Shown here one piece after another: positions 26,086-39,264 of a DNA stretch of 64,000 nucleotides; the first letter of the stretch is position 1; each line of letters begins with the position of its first letter. The stretch is taken from positions 38,690,001 to 38,754,000 of the forward strand of contig CM052817.1 of NCBI GenBank assembly GCA_028534125.1, written 5' to 3'. Source of the DNA: Lama glama. Taxonomy: Eukaryota. The translations under genes were made by a program, and so were the position numbers. Below the pieces are notes generated by a model. That model saw nothing but the letters and a program-made list of their open reading frames with translations. It made no database searches and was not told the origin of the DNA.

Positions 26086-28164
26086 AGCATTGTTGGATCA
26101 CTAAAGATTATTTATGTCAAAGAAGCAATAGTTGTTGATTTCAGATTAGCAAATCAGACATAACATTAACTTTGGATTGGTCAATTCAAGCAGGACTTCC
26201 CTTTTGAAAAAATTTCCCTATGGCAATAAACCTGTATACATCAGGATTTGCCTGAAAAGTTAGCTGCATTTTTAGCAGTGTATTATTCACCCAGCATGAA
26301 AACTGCTTGAATAAACCATATGCTATACTATCTAAGAAATGAGCAGCCTGTTTTATAAAGTTGTCATACTCTAAGGAATAAATAGTGCTTAATAATTCTT
26401 AGGAGCAAATTATATATCAATATAGTCTGAATAATAGGAATATTTATCTACTTTAAATCTAAGTCAATTTGATAAAAGACTTAATAATTGAGCAAAATAT
26501 GTAGTTGTTATGTAAACACCTTCATTAGGCAGTCACATACTGGGTGAACGAGGAATAGCTATTCAAGCATGTCACTGTTAGACTTCTCAATTTCTGATCT
26601 GTGTTCAGTTTGTTAGATAATATGGGTCTTATTTAACAGGCAACACAGGTTAACTGTAAGCACATAACATTTATCAAAATCTCAGCAGAAAAAATGATTT
26701 ATTAAGGAGTTCCTGAAAAGAGCAGTTCATTCGTTCCTTGAGATAAATTATTCCTGTGTCAAGTTAATGAATAATAGACTTATCTACATGGAAAAAGTAT
26801 ACACTGAAGAACTGATTTATTGTGTTTGGTACTTTAAGCTAAATTTGAGGGTGGTTGTAAGAAACATAGTATTTATTTTAAGTATGTTAGAAACATTTCA
26901 TTTACAAGAATATTATATTATAAATTATATCCTTTTATTAGGCTCTTTGGAAAAAATTGTATATTATAGTGTGAAGAAAGAGATACTTTTTAAATTATGT
27001 TTTTCTTACCTAAGAACATTATGAACCATGTAATTGACTAGATCTTCTCTCATGTATATATAAGCCAAAATTCATGACTAAAATGTGGTAATAATATAGA
27101 GCTCTTTTCCCAGTCTATCCCCCTAACCTTAGTGTTTTTATTTGCTTGATTTTGTTTTCTTTCTTAATTTTAGTTTATATTCTATGTTGTAATTTATGCT
27201 ATCTAAACATTTCATAGAATTTGGTTTTGGGGGCAGGCAGTATAAACGAACAACCATATTTAGGGAACATCCCCATAAAAGACAGGTTGCAAGTTTGGCA
27301 AGGAATACCATGGTAAGAGATGTTTCCTACCTTTGTAGTAACATTTGAACAGATAATAAGAATACAAAATATTATTTAATTAGTGTTATGGTCAAGAACT
27401 CTCATAATAATTTTAGGAGACACAGAATTTCCTTTTAGCTATAAGGAACATTTAAAAAAAAAATTCCAGGATACACTCAGTTTTATATCTGTTATAATAC
27501 CATTTCTTTTCCTATGATAGTCTGTCCAGGTTTTATTTTCTTATTCTCTTTGCTGAACCCATACCAGCATATCTTCAAGAATAATTTATTTTAAAATTCA
27601 TTTGTCTAAGATTTTTGTAAACACAAGTGTATTTCATGATCCACTCATTCATTTTCTTTATTCTAGTATTTTTTCTAACAGTCTTATTTGGGAATTACTG
27701 TGGTTAGCATTCAGAAATTCTGAGATATAAAATGAGTTTTGTGAATTCTATATTCATCCTAGGACTTAGCAATAGATAAGTCCCTGCTTTTTGCCATCTG
27801 ATGAAGCTTTTCACCATCAAGGAAACCACTTTTCTCTAAATTCTTAATTTAGATTTCTTCAGAGAAACATCCTATTTCTAAAATTTACTGGTAAGATTGA
27901 TTTAAATTTTACAGATAACTAGTTTTTGGCTTTTAGATTTTATTTAAGTATTCATTCAACAGATTATTTTATGTGTTTAAGGACATGTGGCTGGATGTGG
28001 TTTGTTGAAAGACTTGTGTTTTAAATACATCATTCAGATCTGAAGCAGCTGTGCAAGCATACTTGTTTTTTACTTGATTTTCAGTCAAACCACACTTTGA
28101 AAAGCACAAAATAAAAGAAAAAAGCTGACAGTGCTTTTATTAATTTTTTTTCCCTCATCCACAG

Positions 28165-28288
28165 GTTTTCGGAAATGCTCCGCCAAATACAATGACAGAA
28201 AAATTTTCTGATCTTCTGCAGTTCACAACACAAGTCTCACGACTGATGGTGACAGAAATTCGAAGGAGAGCATCAAACAAATCCACAG
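28165..28288 (+). CDS. WDFY3: WDFY3 coding exon 2 (VFGNAPPNTMTEKFSDLLQFTTQVSRLMVTEIRRRASNKST)
   Basis: Acceptor tccctcatccacag|GTT, donor ACAG|gtattt. 124 nt, phase 0 to 1. Confidence 0.96.
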
Positions 28289-29680
28289 GTATTTTTTACA
28301 GAAACCAGTAAGAACTGATTTATTTGAATGGACAGTTCAGTAAAAGTACTGTTGAAATTAAACAGAAAATTGACCGGATTCTAAGCAGGTGGATTTCAGT
28401 ACAAGGCCCCATTCCCATTCTTATGGTCACAGCCTTCTATTAGTCTCAACACCTACTCTGGAATATTTCTACACAGAGCTGCTTTCCTTGGACCACTACC
28501 ACCCCCACCCAACCCTTTTAACAAGGCTCTGTTTCCTTCTGAACAAAATCCAAATTCCTAGCATGACATTCAAGGCAAACCCAGGGGCTGGAGCGATGTG
28601 TATGTGTATGTATTTTGTGTGTGTGCACCTACCCTTTTTGATTTCCTGTTTCTTTTTTGTATATTTCAAGCAAACTGTGTAGCTTGTGCTCCCAAACATG
28701 TCAATGCTCCTTCTGCCCTTTGCTTGTGATGCTTCACCCAAGGAGGAGAATCTCACCCCATTTTAATATATCTAAATCTTCTCGGCTTGGATTAAGTCAC
28801 ACTTCCTAGTTAGAATGTTTCTTGATTCCCTTAGTCAAGGAAAAAATTTTCTCTCCTTAACTACTCAGCTTCACTAGTGGTATTTGTATATGTTTCTCTA
28901 TCTTCCAGTTAGACCATGAACTATTTAGGAGTCTTTATGTAAGTACAGTCGTTACCACAATGCTTTACATAGTAGGCCTTTCATAAATGCTGCCTGAATA
29001 TTTTTTCTCATAATTAGATAATTTTGAACTTCATAGAGTATCATCCCTTTTAATCAAGATTAAAATAAGCTTTTTGGATTGTAATTACCATTAGTCATTT
29101 TCTAAATTAGCAACATGTATGAGTAATTTTTATCTTAATTTGTAATTTGCTGTTTTGGTTTTGTAATGGTTGAGTGATAGCTTTCTTACTGAAGCATTTG
29201 AGAAATCAATAATTTAAATTCTGTTTCTGTTATCTTTTTCAAAAATCACTTATCTTTTCCACCCATCAAATTATTATTTTTCTAATAGTAACAGTAATGC
29301 CTTGTTATATAATCTTATTTAATCTTTTTTTTTATTTTTTATTTTCAGTTTTAAAAGTATATGGGCAGATGGTTTTATGGTCAAATAGTTAAAAGGCTTA
29401 TTATTAAAAATAGCATCTCCTTTTCACTATCCTGCTTCATCCCTAGTTTCTACTCCTGAGATGCACTTTTTAACCTCTCTTAACCTGCTTGTGGTATTTA
29501 TCTCTATGTCACATGCTTACAGTGTGTGCTCTTGATTTTTCATATTTAGACACTATCTTCTGACTTCCCACAGGAGAAAATGAGACTTTTACTCTTAAGA
29601 TCACCACCGCTACCCTACAGATGCACACTTCTTACCCCCATATCATCCTCTCATAGTTTGATTAGATTAGTAATCATTAT

Positions 29681-29812
29681 TTTTTAAATTTATTTTGGGG
29701 AAGCAGGTAATTAGGTTGATGTATTTATTTTTGGAGGAGGTACTGGGGATTGAACCCAGGACCTCATGCATGCTAAGCATGTGCTCTAAGCACTTGAGCT
29801 ATATCCTCCCCC
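29681..29812 (-). mobile_element. tRNA-Ala-derived camelid SINE (vic-1-like)
   Basis: ggaggtactggggattgaacccaggacctcatgcatgctaagcatgtgctct...ttgagctata. Short TSD tcattat at 29674-29680 and 29813-29819. Confidence 0.9.
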
Positions 29813-30309
29813 TCATTATATTATTGTGATTTAAAATACTAGACAAAGATGAGCAATATGGTATGCTGTGTTTACTTTTCTTGAAAATGTTTTCACCTCT
29901 ATCAGAGTTAATAATTGCCTTAAAAAAACTAGTTTTCAATATTTTCTTCATACAATTTTCCCCTACTCCTCTGTTTTCTTGAACCTCCCCTCAATATGAC
30001 TGAAGGCATCAGATACTGTATCAATTTCATCTTCTTGCAAGTAACTCTTCCAGAACTTACTGGCCTGCCTTAATCTGTAGTAGCTGCGCGCTAAGCCAGC
30101 TGGATAGCTGTCATGTTTGCATCTTCTCTCATGTCATCCTGGGATGCCTTTCCGCTTCTTTGTGATAGAGCCTCTGTTTCCTGAATCTCATGTCATCTAT
30201 TTTCTCAAATTAACTTCCTCAGTTTTGGTAAAGTATCTTGTTCAACAGCTTCCTGAGAAAGGATGCAGGGGAGTTACCATTTTTGGTTTTTGGATTTCGT
30301 TTTTAGAAA

Positions 30310-30876
30310 TGTCGTGAGTGAAAATTTCTTTGACTCTTGCTATATTAAAATGAGTTCCTTTCCCTTCACCAAGGAAAGTGATAATGTTCAAGTTGACAAG
30401 TTTTCAGGTAGCAGGGCTCAGAACAAACTCCAGCACGTCATATGGGACGACTTTACTGCAGAAAAGGGAAACTTAGAAAACCAAGTTTCAGCAAGGGAAA
30501 AGAAGTCACAAGTCCTTCACCCTCATTTTCTCACAGAGAATTGTGCTTGGCATACCCATCCTAAAATCCAAGCATGACTGCCATCTCATCGGTGAAGAAA
30601 CACAGACTGTTCATGATGGAGGCTGTTTGAGTACTGGATTTGAGTACTTACTGGATGTTTACAGAAGTTATTTGAGAAATCTAGCTGTTAAGCCTCAGGA
30701 GATTTATGGGCACAGGGGGAGTTGCAGGCCCTCCTACAGAGAATGTAAGCTACCAGTGTCATGGGAAATTGAGCTTAGGTGCAGCACTTCTGGGAACATG
30801 GTCAGTGGGTCCTTCTCCGGGCAGCCCAGGGTGACCTCTCGGGGTTATTTTGGAAAATCTCGCAGCTTGCATTGCA
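30310..30876 (-). mobile_element. Probable solo LTR (ERVL-like, family unassigned)
   Basis: Abrupt ~570-bp mixed-composition block inside T-rich HAL1. The minus strand reads TG...CA with a TATA-like CCCATAAAT and AGTAAA after a ttttcccttgctga motif reminiscent of MER68/MER76-group LTRs. No clean TSD. Confidence 0.55.
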
Positions 30877-32275
30877 GTTATCCTCCTTTTAATGGGTATC
30901 AGATTCAGGGTTGGAAGTCATTTTATCTCAGAGTTTAAAAATTACTTTTCCATCATATTCTAGATTCTTACATTGGTATTGAAAAATCTAAAGCTACCCA
31001 GATTCTTGATTCTCTGTCTGTGGCCTGTTTCTTTTCTGTTCTTTTCATTTTTTAAAAAAAAATGGGAAAATTTAGAATCCTCTTGTTGGCCCTCCTGTTC
31101 TAAAATGTCATGATAACATGTCTTGGAGTGGACCTGTTTTATACATTACACTGAGTACTCAATTGGACTAGTTTAGTCTGGGAATTCATATCCTTTAATT
31201 GTGAGTAAGTTTATGAATTAGTTATGTAATAATAACCTCCCCTTTGTTTTCTCTTTTTCATTACATGTATCCTTAAGATTGTCAGTCTCGTTTTTTTATC
31301 TTTCCTATCTTATTTTGTATTTTTTTTTAAATCTAGTTGCTAAAAGAGCTCTTCAGTTTTCCCTTCTATAAGTTTCTTTTTCATTTGTGACATTATAATT
31401 TTAATTTCTAAGAGTTTTTTTTTCTTTTTTGTTGGTATGTTTTTTTCATGGATTCTCTTAACTCTCTGAGATTTCTTTTTCTTTCTTATTTTTTTTCCCG
31501 TTTCTTTTCTTTTCAGATTTTTATCTTCCTAAATAGTCTCTTTCTTTCAGGTTGACTTTTTTGTTAATTTGTTTTTGTCTCTGTCTTTTATATTAGAGAA
31601 TGCCCTCACGTGTGTCATCCTTGGAAAGCTGTAGGGTAGCTTTGTAATTGTGGGTGGAGCTTGCAGATGTGGGCCTCAGCCCAGGGTCATCTTGCTGGGC
31701 CATTCTGTTGACCATCTTTCCCTTGAGCTAGGCAGAGTTCCTACAGAAGAATATCCAATCTTTACTTAGTATATAGCTGACTCTGAACAGTTCAGAAGCC
31801 AAGGTCTGAGGACCCTTACTTAGCATTTAGTACATAAGCATCTATTTTATCTTCATGATGAGACCACAACTGTGCCTGATGTGATGTCGTTGTCTGTCCC
31901 TCCTCCATCTCAATTCAAACACCCTCTTTTTTTCTATTCAATGAATTAATCTCCAGTCTCGTACCCACATAGTAATGGGGATCTGGGTCTAGCTGCTCTT
32001 AGACATTCTTCAGCAGTCCTTCTGCGTACAGTCCCACATTTATTTCTGCTTCTGAAAGTACCAATTCTGATCCTCTTGGAGGTTCTCTTATAGTTACTTG
32101 CTTTTCTATTTTCCTTGCACTTGCTTTAAGTTAAGATTCTAGAATTTCCTAAATCAGTTACCACTGACTTCTCTGCTATTTTAGAATCCAAAGTTTTGTT
32201 GCTTTTACCTTTTCTGTTTTCTTTGTTCTTATGGGTTTATACTTTTTAAAAAATCCTTTTAAACAACAGTTTTAC

Positions 32276-32633
32276 TGACATGTTAGTCTACTTGGGCTGC
32301 CACAACAAGACCATAGACCAGTAGCATAAACAGCAGAAATTTCTGTTCAAGGTTCTGGATGCTGAAAGCCCAGAATCAGGGTGTTGCATGACTGGTTTCT
32401 CGTGAGATCTCTCCTGGCTTGCAGATGCACCTTCTCAGGTGGCCTCACCTGGAGGGGAGAGGTCTCTGGTGTCTGTTCTTATAAGGGCATTAATCCCGGC
32501 ACAAGGGCCCCACCCTCGTGACCTCATCCAAACCCAATTACCTCCCAAAGGCTCCACCTCCAAATACCATTGCATTAGGGGTTTAGGCTTTGAATATGAA
32601 TCTGGGGCTGGGAGCACAGTTCAGTGCAAGGCA
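32276..32633 (-). mobile_element. MaLR solo LTR (MLT1A-like)
   Basis: gggctgccacaacaagaccatagac...cttataagggcattaatccc...gacctcatccaaacccaattacctcccaaaggctccacctccaaataccat is characteristic of MLT1A. Confidence 0.88.
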
Positions 32634-33224
32634 GTGGGGTTTCAGGAGAGAGGAGATAAACACATGTGCTCAAACTTCTGTCTTTATCTGGGGCCCATAT
32701 GGAGTCTTCGGAGCAACAGCCATTAAAGTATTTTTAGATTGAGGACAAAAATCTCTTAATCAGAAACAGGACATTATATGAACTGATATATGGATTTTAA
32801 AGTGAGACAATTTTAATTATATTTGCAGTCCTTGAAGCAAGTCCCAGGAGAGGTGATTAAGATAGTTTAAGGTAATCTTCCTGCCCGTCTTCTCCTTGCT
32901 CCACCCAAAGTGGGATTGCATCCTCCTGTTGAAATGGGAAGTTGGTCTTAAATTTTAGAGTTGTGTGTTTTGTGCTTTTTAGCTGTTTCAAGTAGATAGT
33001 ATGAAGGGAAATTTCTTTGTCATATGCTGGCTCCTCTCATTGCATTTTCTTTCTTGAGTGATATCCATAGGTTTTTTTTAAAGTTCCAGAATTTATTTAT
33101 ACTCTCCTTTCTGTTGCTGTCTTTAAAAATACCTTATCTGCATGTTTGTAGAAAAACATTTTTCTACATTGGAGATTTGTTTTCCTCAGTCCCTTTACAA
33201 TTTTATTTGCATAAGGCAATTTTT

Positions 33225-33338
33225 AAAATTAATTTATTTTTTATTGAAGTACAGTCAGTTACAATGTGTCAATTTCTGGTGTACAGCACAATGTCCCAGT
33301 CATGCATATACATACATACATTCATTTTCATACTTATT
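33225..33338 (-). mobile_element. 114-bp young L1 3'-terminal insertion
   Basis: Perfect 15-bp TSD cataaggcaattttt at 33210-33224 and 33339-33353. The body is the L1 3' tip with AATAAA on the minus strand. Confidence 0.9.
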
Positions 33339-34217
33339 CATAAGGCAATTTTTTAGAAATAATGGACACTGTCTTAAATGGAGGATATGTTTCATTGTTA
33401 ATTACAGTAAGAGTTACACAAGTTTTTTGTGTTTTTTTTTAAACTTCCTATTTTGAAATAATTATGGACTCACAGGAAGTTGCAGACGTAGTACCTGAAA
33501 CCCCTTGTGGCCTTCCTTCATCTGCCTTCCTCTATTGATGACATCTTGTTTGCCAGGTATTTGAAGATATATTTTTCACATCATGTAATTCCAAGTAATT
33601 TTCAGTTTTAAACTTTTGAAATTCATTAACTTTAGAATCCAGTGAGATTCAGTTCAGTTTGTGTAAGTTTTACCTCCACGAGAGAAACCTTTCCTAATCA
33701 CTTTTATCCACACCAGTTAATAATTTATTCAGTCACATTAAATACTTCCTTCAGAGCTTTGTCATCATCTGAAAGTATCTTGTTTATTTACTTATTTAAT
33801 TTTATTCGCTGTGGTGTTCATCTCTGTTCACCTGAAAGAATGATTGTCACAGAGTAGGTGCTCAACAAATTTTTACTGATTTTGACGGGATTTCTCTGTG
33901 CCCTCCCTTCCCTCCACTTAATGTTTTGGGAATGTTAGAAAAGCCAGCTTCCTGGTGTTTAAGAGAGAAAATAGTTTTGAAGTATCTTCCCAGGCAGCCT
34001 TGAAGAACTCTGGCTGTTGGAATCCTTGTTCCTCTTCTTTCATTTTAAGCCTTGAACATGGGAAATTTCTTTTGATCAGTGTTGTGACCAAAAAGTACTT
34101 TTTTGGAGGTTTTTTGATCTTTTGATTTTTTTGGTAAAAAATTCTAGATTTTGATCTAGGTACACCTTGAATCATCTTTCCTCTTGCATATCCCATTCTG
34201 ATTCTCTGATTGATCAG

Positions 34218-34460
34218 TTGATTTTTATTGTGGTAAAAACACATCGCATGAGAACTGCCCTGTGAACAAATGTTTTAATGTACAGTACAGGTAATTATAA
34301 GTACAGTATTGGACAGCATATCTCCAGGACTGTTTCACGTTGCATAACTGTAACTTTATACACACTTATCAGCAATTTATTTCTTTCTCCTCCCGGCCCT
34401 TGGCAGCCACCATTCTACTTTCTGCTTCTATGAATTGGGCTGCTTTCAATACCTCACATA
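34218..34460 (-). mobile_element. L1MA/L1MB-like 3'UTR fragment
   Basis: tttttattgtggtaaaaacaca...cccttggcagccaccattctactttctgcttctatga. Confidence 0.75.
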
Positions 34461-37400
34461 ACTATTTATTTCACAGGAAGTTCTCACTGAAAGTAATTTT
34501 GTTATAATTTACATGCATATAATGTTTCTCCAAGAAAAAAAAGCAGATGAAATGAACCCTCTATTATTCTTTTGAAAATTGGCTCTATGTGTTGCACTTT
34601 AGAGCAAAATTATTTTTCCAGGACTTCTCTGAATTTGATGTGAAGTACTTGTTATTCTGTTTACCTGATCCCCATTCATACATCAAGTCTTTTTACCAGG
34701 TCACGTCTAACAGGGATTGTAGATGTCTCAGTAGGAACCATACTTACCTGAAATTCTGTTATTTAAATCTATCTGTCAGAAATTAGTAAAAATGGAATGT
34801 TTTGGGTATATCAACATGCAAAATGAGTATGTGGACTGATGTGTAATACATTAGGGCAACGTTACTGTTCTGTTTTCTCTCCCTTAATTCTCTCTTGGTT
34901 ATTGCCTCCCTGTGGTTTTGTTCAGTATACGTAGTGACTCTCTCAACTAATTTGAGAAAATAAATAATTTTGTGGCCATATTGTGTACAAGGTATGGCTT
35001 AAGACTCTTCCTCGTCTTTTCTGTTTATTTGCTGTGTTCAGCCATTCAATCTGCATAATTCTAAAGGCACATGATTGATTTACATCATTGAAGCAGAAAA
35101 TTCTACCTGTGTGAAAATAGTATCTTCAGTTTATTATTAATGACTTTTCTGCATGCTGGGTGCCACTGTAGAGCCCAGTGGTGCAGTCCCCACTGGGCGG
35201 AGGCCCTGTGCCGTAAAAGCCAGGTGATGCTGACCACAGTTGGCATCTTGTGGCGAGATTAGTATAATGTAGTGAATCCCCAATTAGACAACCTGGCCTT
35301 TTTTTTTTAAACAGAAAAACAGTGTGCCCCGCTGTCTGCCAAGGATTTCAAAGGCACAACACCTTCAGGTAATCTCATTCCCAAGGTGTGGTTATGTATT
35401 ATCAAACAGAAGAAGCATGGAAGCTCTGAGTCCTAATACTATTTTACTGACTAACTTGTGGAAGTGTTCTTTTGTGGGGGAGGAAGTTGGGAAGGGGCAT
35501 TTAGGGCTTGATTTTTTTCATTAATGAAATAAGTGTAATACTATTAATGTGTCTCACATAATCAGCCTGAAGCATAAGTTTGAAAATGACTATGCTTTAA
35601 ATGGACTTTGCAAAAGAAAACTGTTGTACTACACTTAGAATTAACAGGTTTTATGTTCTGCTTGTTCTGAATGCTGTCTAATTTAATTTATTCAGTGTAG
35701 GCTGGGAACATACATTTCTTTTAAAATTGTCTATGTTCTATTCTTATTTAATCTAATAATGAGCTCTCCTAACTCCCCTTCTGTGTTTTTTCATCTAACT
35801 GTATGTATTGAAATGCAGCATGAAAGCTGAAGCTTAAATCAAATGATTGGCAACTCTCAAGATGGGCTAATATTGATCATTTCTTTTATTAATTCTCATA
35901 ACCTTAAGTAAAATCATTTCAATATGTATTTGTTAAGTATTAGTGAAATTAAAAGACTAATACAACATTCTTTGACTAGGAATGTTTTTCTTTCAAAGTT
36001 TTAAGAAATTCTGTGATTCATAAAAGTTTAAAATTACTTTTTAGTCCATATAATTTTTTGAAGATAGCACTAAATTTGTATCCTTTTACCATGAGCTCCT
36101 TGACTCATTTAAAGTAAAGTGGGAGATCCCATTAAGGTGTTTGAATGGCAACATACTGAAATTAGCAGGTGACAGTAAAACAGTTCTTCTGAACTACATT
36201 TGTAATTTGTTATGCAGAGATGATTTATTTTGTCAGTGAGAGTTTTCAGTCCCTCCCATATATATCATTTAACTACAGCTTCTGTCCAGACCTCTTTATC
36301 TGTATGAACTTGCAATTCAAAGGCAGGTAACGTAATTATACACTATTGCTCATGTAACTTAGGTCTTCCCCACCTTCTCAAAAACAACAGTTGTAATTAT
36401 TAAGTTGGCTTAATTGTTAAAGATACCATTAGTAATTTTACTGTCTTGATCTTTTTCAAAGTTGATTTTCATGTGTATTATCTCATTTGATCAGCTCAGC
36501 AATCTATTGAACTGTTGTTTAATAACAAATAGAACATTTAAAAAAATTGTCTTATCTTGAGGAATATCTTAATGTTCATTGTCAACCAAAATAAAAGAAA
36601 CCACATACTTGTATAAATGCCATTGATCAGATAAATAGAACTGTTTCAAACCAAGAGTACATGTTTGGTGTTTTGATTCTCAAAGTAACCATTGGCATTC
36701 ATTGTTTATAATTGGTAATTGAAATATGTATGAAAATGTATGAAATATGTATGAAAATACATTTTTGTCCAGTTTTCTTTTAATGTTAGTAGTGTTAAGT
36801 AATATCCAAAAATGTCCAGAGTCACTCAGAATGTGTCATATCTATAGGTTTCTAAGTTCTATACCAGGATAACTTTGTCTCTTAAAGCAGGTTTAATTTT
36901 TCAAAATCTTTTTTTCCCCCTCTGCAAGGCATAGTTGGTATTAACCAGTCCATTTACTAATCAATGTTTTGTTTTGTCTTTATGAAATAGAATTTCACTA
37001 TATTGGTTTAACTGTGAAATAATCAATTTGAAGATTACAAGTATTTTTTTTTAAGATTATGAAACTGGAAATGTACAATTTAAAACCAAAGTTCCCTAAT
37101 TATGAAACAGCTAGGAAATGAAAGCATAGCATGTCAGCCTTTGGTTGAGAATTTTAGGCAACTTGGAAGAAGCTGTCTTCCTCATATACACATTTAATTC
37201 CTATCATGGAAGGATGGCTCCTGTTACCTAGCAAATGTCTAGGTCCATTGTTGCTTGCAGGAGAAATTTGCAGGTCAGTTTTTACCAATGATCTTAAACC
37301 ATGATTGCTAAAGGTGGTTTCTCAGTGGTGGTCTTTTGTTTTCTCCCTTCTCTATTTAATCATCCTTAAACATTGCTTTCTTTGTATTACTCCCCCTTTC

Positions 37401-37769
37401 AGAACCTTCAGGAATCTGTTGCCCATAGTAAATCCAAACCTCCAGATGTTCAGAAAGTTGAATTCAGCGTGTCCTCCTTTGATCTCCCTGGGTTGATTTA
37501 TTCACTCATTTAACATGTTTATCGAGGACCCACTTAGTGCCAGTGATGTGCCTCATACCGGGGAGCAGCATTGAACCAGGCAGACCAGGAGTCTGCTCCC
37601 ATGGTGTTTATTTTCTAGAGAGGGGCAAGAGGCTATAAATCAGTGAGTATATGAATACAGCAATTTCAGCACTTAGGAGATACTGAATATCAGAAGCGAA
37701 TCAGGCTTCCATTGACTTCCCTCTTTTCCAGTAAGTCCTTTTTTTTTTTTTTAGATCACTACTGTGAAC

Positions 37770-37980
37770 TACCTCTTACAGACTAGACAGCTTGGATTTG
37801 AATATAAGTTCTATACCTGACTGTAGGCAAATTACTTATCCTCTTCATTTCTCAATTTATATTATGATAAGGGGTATAAAAATAGCTATTAACTCATACG
37901 GTTCTTGTAAAGGTTAAATGAGTTACATCTACAAATACTTAAAACAGTGTTTGTTACACAGTTAAGACTCAGTAAGAATA
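37770..37980 (+). mobile_element. MIR SINE
   Basis: ggcaaattacttatcctcttcatttctcaattt...ggttcttgtaaaggttaaatgagttacatctacaaatacttaaaacagtg. Confidence 0.7.
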
Positions 37981-39154
37981 AGGTATCTAAAAATTTTTCC
38001 TTTTAAAATGTTCTTTCAAATGAAAGTAAATAAAGGTGAAATATGCACAGCACAGTACCATGTGTAAGTCTTGTATTAATTCACTTTTGTGATAAAAACA
38101 CTTTTGTCTTGTTTGTCTTAAATGGAAGGAAAAAACAGCCCTAAAGTCATCTAAATTCTATTTATTATGCATCCTGCGTCTTTATGACGTGTGTTTAGTG
38201 TATGTTAGTAACTTAATGTGTTGGTCTAGAGTGAACAGAGTGGACTTCTCATTTTAATTAAAGATGACTTTACTTCGTCTCCTATATCAATATAGAAATC
38301 GATGAACTCTGTGCTGATAGAGTACATGGTTAGGGATTTATTCATTTTCCCTTATCTTTAAAAACATAATCAACCAAACTGATTTTCAGGGATTCTTCCA
38401 ACACTGCAGTTCTATGAATGACTCTCTCACTGTTCCTCTGTTCCTACTGTCAGCTGTTGAAGTCACCCCTTGTGTGTACCACTGAGGCAACCTCCTGATT
38501 TGTTTCCCCCATCAGTCTCTTTGCCCTTGCAGTTTGCCATACATATCACTCTAAATTAATAGTTTTAGAATAATCCTTTCATCATCTACTTTGCTCAAGA
38601 AACTACGTATGTTCTCTTTTTCCCAAAGAGTCAAATACAGATACAGCCCTTAGCTTACTTTCCTTCATAAATAGACGTTCTCTATCACTGTTATTGATAT
38701 TAGACTCTAATTCTCAACATATGCTCTTCTAGAATGTGAACCCTGTGTTATTACAGTTCTTCATCTTGATCTGTACATAGTTAGCTCATTCATCTAGCCA
38801 CACTTTTGTCTTAATACAGTATTCCTAATCTCTGTTCTCCTTCCTGCCTCCCACTATCTAGACAGACATATATACTTGTTTTCCTGGTAAGTTTAGCTCA
38901 AATTTCACCTCCCTCCTGACTCTTTTTGACGAGTTTGTGATATACCTTTTCCTAAAATACATAGGTTGACTTTTACAGTTCTGCACTGATATGATGGTAT
39001 CTATGAATACCATTAAAACATTGCTCTCTTGAGCATGTAGTAGGGCTGATATAAAGTATATGCTTAGTAAATGATTATTTCTTTGCAGGTTACAAGGAAG
39101 AACTTCCTTATATGTGATTTCTCCCCAACTAATGATTTCCCTTTGGTTTTACAG

Positions 39155-39264
39155 AGGCTGCAAGTCGGGCCATAGTCCAGTTCTTGGAAATCAATCAGAG
39201 TGAAGAAGCCAGTAGAGGCTGGATGCTTCTGACAACAATTAATTTGTTAGCATCCTCTGGTCAG
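39155..39264 (+). CDS. WDFY3: WDFY3 coding exon 3 (EAASRAIVQFLEINQSEEASRGWMLLTTINLLASSGQ)
   Basis: Branch-point-like ctaat, acceptor ggttttacag|AG, donor CAG|gtgagt. 110 nt, phase 1 to 0. Confidence 0.96.

Larger units (their letters stand above)
29370..32690 (-). mobile_element. Long degraded HAL1-like element hosting three nested insertions
   Basis: ORF1-like antisense motifs (gggtatcagattcagggttggaagtcatttt, ggagtggacctgtttt) and a HAL1-like 5' end (gtggggtttcaggagagaggagataaacacatgtgctca). Confidence 0.6.

Noticed and set aside
28289..28296. Donor gtattttt as a possible U12-type intron
   Set aside because: It does not match GTATCCTT, and the downstream acceptor has an ordinary U2-type pyrimidine tract.
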